Shown here: positions 54,119 to 64,000 of the stretch, piece by piece
Position numbering within the stretch: position 1 is the first letter of the stretch
Layout: each line of letters opens with the position of its first letter
From: Chrysomallon squamiferum
Lineage: Eukaryota > Animalia > Mollusca
Assembly: GCA_012295275.1 (NCBI GenBank)
Contig: CM022671.1
Location: 23,994,001 to 24,058,000 of the forward strand
Direction of reading: 5' to 3'
Length of the DNA stretch: 64,000 nucleotides
The notes under the pieces: generated by a model
What the model was told of the DNA's origin: nothing
Seen by the model: only the letters and a program-made list of their open reading frames with translations
Database searches by the model: none
Made by a program: the position numbers and the translations under genes

Positions 54119-57100
54119 ATTTTTAAACCTAAATACAAATATATAGTAAATGGTTTTTATTTTCCATGGTGCATATTTGAACAAGTTCATAAAATTTTAG
54201 TACATGTTAATGATTCATCTGGGTAATTATAATTAACTGTTTTTATTATTTTCAGCTTGATCCATTTCATGTGTACATGCTGCAGTGTGTGGGAAGTTAT
54301 GTGCTCATTCCAGCCATATTGTGGTTTCAGTGTCGCAAAACAAGGGACTCTAATGTTATGAGATCCATCATGTTGTGCAGAACAATGGTAAATATTATAT
54401 AAATCTCTATAAAAAAAAAAATTAAAATAAATAAATAATGGTAAAAGAAATCATTAATTTTTAAACATTGGAACATGTTGGGTACCTCTGTATTTTATGT
54501 AAGATTATATGTATATATATATATATCATATGTAGGTATTATTAATTTTGTATATAAACTTTAAATATAAATATGTTTGTGTTAGTGTGCTAAATTAATA
54601 AAATACTATTTGTAATTAGAAAAAGAAAAAAAGAATAGAAATTAGAAAGTTTATCACCAAGCTTAATAGTGAAGAACTATTAAAAATATTGATTAAAAGT
54701 CTTGCTTGAAAAGTAATAAATACATTATAGTTTTCCAGATATTTCCCTAAACATTTTTTAATTTAAAGTTAAATTTAGTTTCAATATTATTTTCAGAAAA
54801 GTTAGAGTGAAATAGTACTCATCCAAATGTCATAATATTTGCATGCATTTATCTATTTTTCAGGTTATTGCTTTGTTTACAATGCTGGATGTTATCAACT
54901 TCTATCGTTTTCCAAAATCATTCACAAGCTTGGTAAGGGGAAAAAAAACTAATTCAAGAACTGCAGACTTTTGCACTATAAAAGTGACTTTCAGAATAAG
55001 ATTAATTTTTAGTTGGTCATTGTTATTATTATTATTTTTTTTAATATGATTTGATCCAGATATAAAACTACTAAAGTTGTTAAAAATTTAATATTAATTT
55101 TCTTGGAAATTCTCTTCTTATTCACGGTATGGCAGAGCATTGAGGAAGGTCACCTTGCATCTTTGTTCAGATTAATTTTGTTATGACTGAAGTATCTAGT
55201 TTTAAAATTTAATTAATAAAATTAAAAAGTTATATTTATATATTGTTTACTTTTTCTACACTTACTTTTATTTATATTCTGATCTAAAAATATTTATAAA
55301 AAAATAAAGTAAAAACATAAAATACAAAGGATCTGATACTTTTGTAGTTTAAACTTTTACAGAGTTATGATTTAATTTGTATTCTCCATTTTACTTTAGT
55401 AATTATTCTGTAATCTTTAGTGTTCAAGTATTTTTATTTTAAATTCCTCTCTATTTTCAGCACATGTATTATACTCTTGGGTTTGGTGTGTTGTGGTTAA
55501 TTGCCAGTACCTACCAGATGATACACTATGGTTTACCAGTTCTGAGATACGACTATAAAATGCCCATCAACTGGTACTTGAAGGCTGACTTGGCTGTTGC
55601 AGGATTTCTTGGTCTTGCCAATTTTCTGGTCCCCAGCTTTGTTCTAGGAACTCAGGTAAATACAAGATTTTGTTAAATACGTAATTTTTTTAAAATTTTT
55701 ATTTATTCTGATGTGAAAGTGCAGATAAAAAATTACATTTATTGATTTATAGATTTTTTTCTTACATTATGTTAGCTAAAGTATTATGTTCATTCTCTAC
55801 AGTTTGGGAATAATGAATATCTTTAAAATACTTGGTTTTAATACAGCATAAATGATTAAACAGAGCACCAAGAATATATTAATGGAAACAATAAATTTAT
55901 GTATTAAAAACAATTTTATGTATATTTTTTTCATCTACTTTATAATAATGAATTTATAGTTTTTATCTTTAAAAAAATCTCAAATATGTAATACCAAATT
56001 AAGGATCCCTTGTTTGAAATTCCAAAATCTGAAACTTTTACCAAGCAGCATACTTACAGTTTTCAGACTGTTTTGCATATACAAAATTATTAAAAATATT
56101 ATATAAAAAATCCTGCAGACTATCTGAAATATAAATGGAATTTGTGTGTAATCTTAGATCCTGTATTCAGATTACCTTCTTATCTTCCAAAATCCTTAAA
56201 AATTTGGAATAGTTTTTATTCCCAAGCATTTTGGTTAGAGGATTCTCAACCTGTTTCTGGTTTTCTTTTTCCTAATGTTTATTTAAATGTCTATGCAGTC
56301 GATGAAGACGAACGACCTTCACATTCACTTTGACCAGTCATTTGGAGCATGTATTCTGGCAACATGCATCTTATCATTACTGGCACTTGGCTTCAAAGAG
56401 AACAAAGACAAGAAAGCTGTACTTATCAGCAGAGCAGTGGTAACTTATTTTATTTTATAATTACAATATCAGCATCTCCGGTAATATCTATATCTGTTTA
56501 TCTATAAATCTATATCTATCTACAGCTATATCTATATACAGCATCTGTAAAATGGTATCCTTGATAATTTTATCCTTAACATCTTCAAATGGGAGAAGAA
56601 TATTGGAATACATTCAATAATAAGCCCATGGGAAAAATGAATAATTGTAAACTGTATTTTGGACCTTCTTTCTCTTCTTTTTTTAATATTCTTTAATCCA
56701 TTAAGTTGAAATTTTACTAATACTAGTAATAATTATTAAATATCATAAAGAAATGTAAAGTGATTATTATTTTCATTCACTATTATCTGGTAACAACATA
56801 ACATAATAAAATAACGATCTTGTAAGGATACACAGGGTTTGATGTTATTTTGTGCATAGAAACATAATGCGAAAAAGTTTTATCACATCACTAAGAGGAA
56901 CATTTTTGTAATACTGTGTATTCATTTTTTCAAGCTGTATGGACACTTACAGTAGTTTGTGTTACAGTTTTCAAGCAAGTGGGACATTTTAATAATAAAG
57001 TGTGATATTTTTAAAACCAAAGGTACACTAATAATAGTTTATTTTTTCAAGCAACAGGGACATTTATATTAATAGTTTTTATATTAAATGTTATTTTTGG

Positions 57101-57419
57101 CTAGAAGAGAGGTTCAATAATAGTTTGTGTTATTGGCAATAATAGTTTGTGTTATTTTTTTTTTGGTTCAGTAATAGTTTGTGTTAAGAAGAGAGGTTCA
57201 GTAATAGTTTGTGTTATTTTTCAGGCTAATCTCTTGATCCTTCTGTGTTTAATCTGTGCTGCCACATACAGAGGATTGACTGTAACAACAAAGGATTTTC
57301 TGGTTACCTGTGTTGCTTTTCCACTAGTCATGGCACCGGCACTGGGCGTCTACATTCACCAGGAACGCCGACATTTCACCTCATCTGAAGGATATTTCTT
57401 GAGATCTCATGAAGACTAA
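53404..57419 (+). CDS. Uncharacterised multi-pass membrane protein (300 aa, about 8-9 TM) with an internal duplication
   Basis: Exons 53404-53574, 54256-54387, 54864-54932, 55461-55655, 56299-56439, 57225-57419. All introns phase 0 and GT-AG; 903 nt open; repeated hydrophobic segments. Confidence 0.88.
55995..56253 (+). mobile_element. Non-autonomous pogo/Tigger DNA transposon (Tigger4/MER46-like MITE)
   Basis: 3' end cccaagcattttggttagaggattctcaacctg and degenerate 5' TIR caaattaaggatccct. Internal tccaaaatctgaaactttt and acaaaattattaaaaatattatataaaa match the remembered Tigger4a consensus. Confidence 0.7.
56890..57224. repeat. Degenerate tandem repeat ending in the last splice acceptor of the membrane-protein gene
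   Basis: taatagtttgtgtta occurs four times in 57118-57216, with older copies upstream. The final unit supplies tttttcag|. Confidence 0.8.
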
Positions 57420-58719
57420 TTTACAATTTCTTTGTTCTGTTTAAGCTTTGGTTTAATGAAAGAGAGGATTAAAAAAAAAAAAGAAGATTTAATTAATAAT
57501 CAATTATTAGAATCAAAAATATAGTGGAGAGTATATTTCACATTACAAGCCTTATTTAGATTTAGGATCACATTTTTGTAAGTTTCATTTATATAATAAT
57601 AACTGTTTAATCTATATTTGTTTATACAGAAATTTTTTATCATTAGACCACAAAGTCTTTAACTTTATAAATAATTTTACTCTTTTTTTTTTATCAACTT
57701 TTAATACAGTTTAAAAAAAAGCTCAAAATCATGCCTCTATCATTGTAGTTAACTGCTGGTAGTTTATTTAAATATTTTTTGTCAGGATAAAAAAAAAAAA
57801 AAAATGGGTAAAGACAATTGAAGCTACATAAACATTAGTCAGGTTGCTGCATAAATACTAAAAAACTGAGTTGTTACAAAGATTTCATTAAAGAGATTTA
57901 GTATGTTCATCTAACAATCCAGATAGTTCAGCTTTATAATTATATTGAACTATTTATGTTGAATACAGTTATAACTTATTCATGCATTTTGTTGCTGGGC
58001 CCAGAGAATTAAAAAAAAAATTATAATAATTAAAATAAATTGTGCAAAATTCTAAGCTAGCTTACTGACTGAAAATATAAAATTTGAATTTTATATTTCT
58101 GAAAATAACAAAGACAAATTTTATTGTAGTAGCTATTGTTTAATCATTTTTTTTTTTTTTTTTTTTTTTTTTTGTCTGTTGCCTTGCATATTTAATAAAA
58201 CAGAAAATGAAGATAATTTGCTGGGCAATGGTAACTGAATGTAATAAAAACAAATTAACAGTTTAATTTTATAAATTTACTATTTTTGCACATTTATAAT
58301 CAAACTAGTGGTATCTTCCTAATCAGAAAATGAAAAAAAAACAAAACAACAACAAAATGAAACAAAAACAAACCCCTCTCAACCTTTTATTTAAATATAT
58401 GTAAATAAGATAATTTATAAATTAAATTTGATTTCAACTGAAACAGTATTTTAGCATTTATACTAAAGCAACAAACAGCATTATTTATTCAGGATTACAT
58501 TAAATACTCAGCCTATTTGGGTTTCTTGTTAGTAAAATTAAAATTAATGTGCTTCTTACCTGTAGTAGTTTGAAACGTTCCAGTATGGTCATGTTTTAAT
58601 GTATATAGTAGCTTCTTTTGTGCATACATTGGTGCTTGACAAACATTTTTATTGAAATATGCAATTTTGTACTTATATTTTTACTCTCTATATTTATGAG
58701 GTTACATTTTATAAAAACA

Positions 58720-58915
58720 GTATACTTGTATGTTAATTATTTTCTTAGTAGAGAGTGTTATCTTTTTTCAAAGGCAGCATGTTTGATTATCTAATTTTCA
58801 TTTCTGATTATAAAAACTATACTGGTATGTTAGTATTCTGTATTATTTTATTAGTAGAGTTACCATTTTTTTTAGAGACACCATGTTTGGTTATCTAACT
58901 TTGACTTTTGATAAT
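58720..58915. repeat. About 100-bp tandem duplication, 2 copies
   Basis: tatact(t/g)gtatgtta..ttagtagag..catgtttg(a/g)ttatctaa..tgat occurs at ~58721 and ~58818. Confidence 0.8.
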
Positions 58916-61900
58916 CCTTTTTAACTTCTACTGTTTGATGCAATTACTGTTATTTTCTTATCTTCGAATTAGTTGGTCTCTCAGTAGTTGTTATGATGTA
59001 AATAAATCATTAGTAGTATTCAGTCTTCTTGTTTTAATTATACCCTGACCTACAAAGAGTGTCCAGTTTCTTCTGAAGTCATGTTTCAGAATTTGGTGGA
59101 AAGATACTTGATTTTAATCAATTACTTATACTAGTCCCAAGATTCCTAAAAATCATAATTGTAATATATAAATTATTATAATGAATATTTGATAAAAAAG
59201 AAGAAAAAAAAAAAGAAGATATCAACTAAAAAGAAACAATAATAAATTAATTTTACTCTGATCAGTTATCTGTTCTAAAGGTATCATAACATGACAGTCA
59301 GATTGTTGCTGGAAGAGGAAATGGCCAGTATGTGAATGCCATCAAGTATGATTCTCTGCTTTGATTTGATACATGCACTCCACTGCTTTTTGGGTTTTAT
59401 TATAGCCAGACAAGACAACATATTGAAAGCAGCTCACCAAACAAATCCTGAACAGGAAAAGATCTATTAAATATTTAATATTATTTTGCCCACAATAGCA
59501 ACCAAGATGTCACATTATGCAAAATTTCACAAGTTCATTTGTTTGTACCTTTGAGAGTTGGTAATAAAGAACTTTCCAGAAAGTAAAAACAAATATAAAG
59601 ATGTCACATTTAAATCATGTTCTGTTTCATATGTAAAACTAATTACTAAGATCAGTAATATTATAAGAGGCATAATGAATTAAATCTGATACTAGCTAAT
59701 ATTATTTTGTTTAAATATTTCACTTATTTTGGACACTTTACTGTGGCATCTGCTAGCATTTATTTATCGTGTGCGGAATGTATCTGCTGATCTGTTTGTA
59801 TCATATAGAACATGGATATATTCATCTCAGTCATATGTTTTGACAGGACTAAAACAGAAATGAAAACAGCTGCCTGGAAGGTTGTGAATGTCACTACCGG
59901 GATACATTACATTCACCTCCATGTTGATAAAATAATATATTAAGTAGATTTTAAGTAACAATTAATATTCTGCCAATGATTGCAAGCTTTGATTTTATAA
60001 ATTTCTAATTACCATGATTATTTTGTAAAATAAAAATCTTGTCAGTTTTCATAACAAATCTCAACATGATTGCAGTAAATTTTATTTTAAACAATGGAAT
60101 AAAGTCGATGTCATTACAAAATACATGCATGTAATTATATTGCAGAAAAAACTGTGCATAATAAAATTTTGAATCACTTAATGTTTTGAAACAATATAAC
60201 TTGTTGATTATAATGTTGATTACATGATATATAAATGATCTGAAAACTAGATTTAAAGTACCAAGCTTTATGTTCTAAAACAATATTTCTACATGTTCCA
60301 GTCAGGATGAGGTATTTTGATATATATGTTCTGTCATATTACCAGTAATAAGACTTTAACAATATTTTTTAAACTTAATACATACTGACACATCATTAAA
60401 CTAATATAAAATTGCTACCAAGAACATCGATAACATACATATCAGTCGAAATTCTGATTACATTTAAATTTTATATTGCAAAGAACCTGCCATTATGTAT
60501 GAACAGTATATTTGGTAATGTTAAAAGAAATGCTATCTATTTTTCTGATCAAATCATTTTTAAACAGGATGGAAAGTCATGTAATATTTTAGTAAAATGA
60601 ATATACAATTTATTTAACTCTGATTGTGAAAAAAAAAGATAAAAAAATAAATGAAAGATTTTTATATGTTTTCTGTATATATAATTTTATGTATGTATGT
60701 ATGTAAATTATTCTGTTTTGGACAGTCACTTGACAGATTAACTGAATTATGTGAACATTATTCCACATACATGAACTATAATTACCGGAATAACAAATAG
60801 GTATATTTAAAAATGCTGTTAACAAAGAATATGAGCTAAGTACATACAGTTTCACCATCTTGATAACAATACATTGAAAACATTGTCAAAAGTAGATTTC
60901 TTGCAATAAATCACAGTGTGATTATGTAAGTATTAATGAAAAAACTGTTAAACAAATAAAGTTACAGACCAACTATATCACATTTTTATATGCCAACTAT
61001 CTAGCAAAGTAATAAAGTGAAAATAAAGTAGCTCACGCTCTGTTTAATAATAGTAAGTACAAGTAATATTATTAAATGTTTTATGATTGACAGAAACAAA
61101 AAATGATTTCTTATTACACAAAAAAAGCCCTTAATTATTAATAATATAATAATTAGAAAAATTCTTTAGAAATTAACCCTGAAACCTTTTAAGACAAAGC
61201 CACTGGAAAGAAATATGCGGAAAACAATCTAAATAGATAAAATAAAATGTTTTGCATTAATGATAATGCTAGTAAACACCATGAAAATATCACATATATG
61301 AATGAATTAAAAAAATGCCCATTTCACATACAAACTAAAAATTACTACTACTACTAATAATCCAAACTGCCAGTAAAATAAAATTAGCAGGAAAAAATAA
61401 AAAATGTTACCAAGTTGTGAACCATAAGGCATTACAGATTTAGTGTTTTTATTCCAAGTTTTTTGTAATATCAAAGAATATTTATAAATGACAAAAATCT
61501 CTCATCCAAAAATGTTTGATTTATTTATAAATGAAAATGAAATGAGTCATATAATGATATATATATTAGAATTTAGATACACACGAACACTTTATAAGTT
61601 TATTATGTAATATTGTTGGTATATTATGCTTGTTTTTGTGATTATTTTGTCTTCAAAAATTTAATGTACTAATTCTTATTTTTAGAAGTTTTACACATAT
61701 TCATTCCTCTTCTATTTTAAATTGTATTTCTTCTAGATTTAAATTCTACATAATGACTTTCAATAAATATGCCTGCCTTTGAATGTTTTGAGTATTAAAA
61801 AGAAACAGATTACATAATACTTATATTAATTATGTGATATCATCAAATAGAAAATGCAATACACAAATCACTGATTTTGTGCTAATCTACAGAATGTATT

Positions 61901-61929
61901 TGACAAAAACACCACAATATTTTAACAAA

Positions 61930-62652
<723 letters not shown>

Positions 62653-63730
62653 ATGGACAAAATTGCCAATGGTGGTTTCTGGGGGCAACTAGTCTGCGTG
62701 ACAGATATTGAAATGCCACCAGTTCCTATTAACAAGTGCAAATATACGATTGGAAGAGCTAAAGGTAAGATTAAACTTAAGTTATTACTTAGTTAATACA
62801 ATAATAGTTAAAGTATTAGACTTAGTTACTCAACTTTCTGAAATCTAACGATCTCTTTATCATCTTATGTCTTTATTATTTATGGTTATGCTAGGTAAAT
62901 ATTTATTTAAATTTATAATAACTTAACAAAATGTTGCACACTTGCATATATTCAAGTTAGTGGATAATTGTTAACTAATTGTGTATTATTATGGTAGTAA
63001 TTTATATTAATCTTGTTTACATAGGAAACGATTTATCTTTCCTTGAGAACAAATTAATATCTGGCAACCACTGTTATTTGGAGAGAGATAATTCAGGAAA
63101 GGTTTGGCTGTGTGATACAAGGTATGATATTATTCATAATAAATGATTAAATCATTCAAATGATAGTAATTATTTTCACATAATTTATTAATTATTTTGT
63201 TTTTAACTTCCAAAGAGTACACTCTAACGTAATGTGTATATGACTACCAGGTTCATACATTGTATGTCATTTTATTTCTTCATCTGTATTTTGTTGTATT
63301 TATTATTATTAACTAAAGAAATATGTTTCACCAAAGATAATGATATATGCACATTTTTATAATTTGTAAATTGTACATATGAATTTTATTTGTAATAGGT
63401 AATATACTTATTTTATAATTTTGTTCTTTTCAGTACCAATGGGACTCTTGTAAACATGAATTTAAAACTCAACAAAGGGGAGGTAACACAAATATTTACT
63501 TATAAGATTTTTATTTTTTTTATTATTAAATTTGTTTTTGAAGATTAATGATAGCAACTTCACATACATTAAAACATTCACATTATTTTTAACAAATTCA
63601 TTCAGTAATGAAATCTTAATTGTATTTGCCTTAATTTTTAATTTGTAGTCATTTTTTTTATTTCAGCGTCAGATTTTGCATCATGGTGATGAATTCTTTG
63701 TGGTTTTCAAGAAGAACGACCCAGATCTTA
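62653..63730 (+). CDS. CHFR: CHFR-like E3 ubiquitin ligase, N-terminal FHA domain (partial; continues beyond the window)
   Basis: Exons 62653-62764, 63025-63121, 63434-63482, 63667-63730 give WGQL..YTIGRAKGNDLSFLENKLISGNHCYLERDNSGKVWLCDTSTNGTLVN..LHHGDEFFVVFKKNDP, matching the CHFR FHA pattern (TIGR..DLSF..NKL.SG.HC..DTST.GT). Confidence 0.9.
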
Positions 63731-64000
63731 GTAGGTTAAATACAATATGCAAAGCACAATTAATTTTCTCTCTTTTGAGGTTCCATGATTAGTTAGATAG
63801 ACTTAGATACATATTAAAACAATTAGTACCTTTTGTTTCGCCAATCAGTGAAAAATACACATGCTATCATTCTGCATTAAAATGTTGATTTTCCTGCATT
63901 CATAAGTTTGAATATCCTTGCTTACTCTCAGAAATTGTTTCTTTAAACAGAGATAAGCTTAAAATACTGACTTTAATATCCTGGTATCAGCTAATAACCA

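Overview
AT-rich, microsatellite-dense animal DNA, most likely a mollusc (judged from the IL-17 type and the SINE relics). All gene models were spliced by hand from GT-AG sites and reading frames; family assignments rest on remembered motifs, not on database searches. Left to right: (1) a minus-strand cytosolic sulfotransferase (433-3237) with two 1-nt frameshifts and an exon cut off by an (AG)n tract; (2) a tandem cluster of three intact, divergent IL-17-family cystine-knot cytokine genes (7583-10578, 14586-17513, 20358-21254), a probable degenerate fourth copy near 12 kb, NF-kB-type sites, and an orphan minus-strand first exon near 25.5 kb; (3) a 24-kb gene for a secreted EMI + coiled-coil + short collagen protein resembling COL26A1/EMID (27377-51403), with alternative 3' exons; (4) a 300-aa multi-pass membrane protein made of two homologous halves (53404-57419), with a Tigger4/MER46-like MITE in one intron; (5) an intronless class I ARF GTPase (61930-62475, minus) head-to-head with the first four exons of a CHFR-like FHA gene (from 62653), 177 bp between start codons. 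Most ORF-track entries are microsatellite artefacts. No CRISPR, rRNA or intact tRNA was seen.
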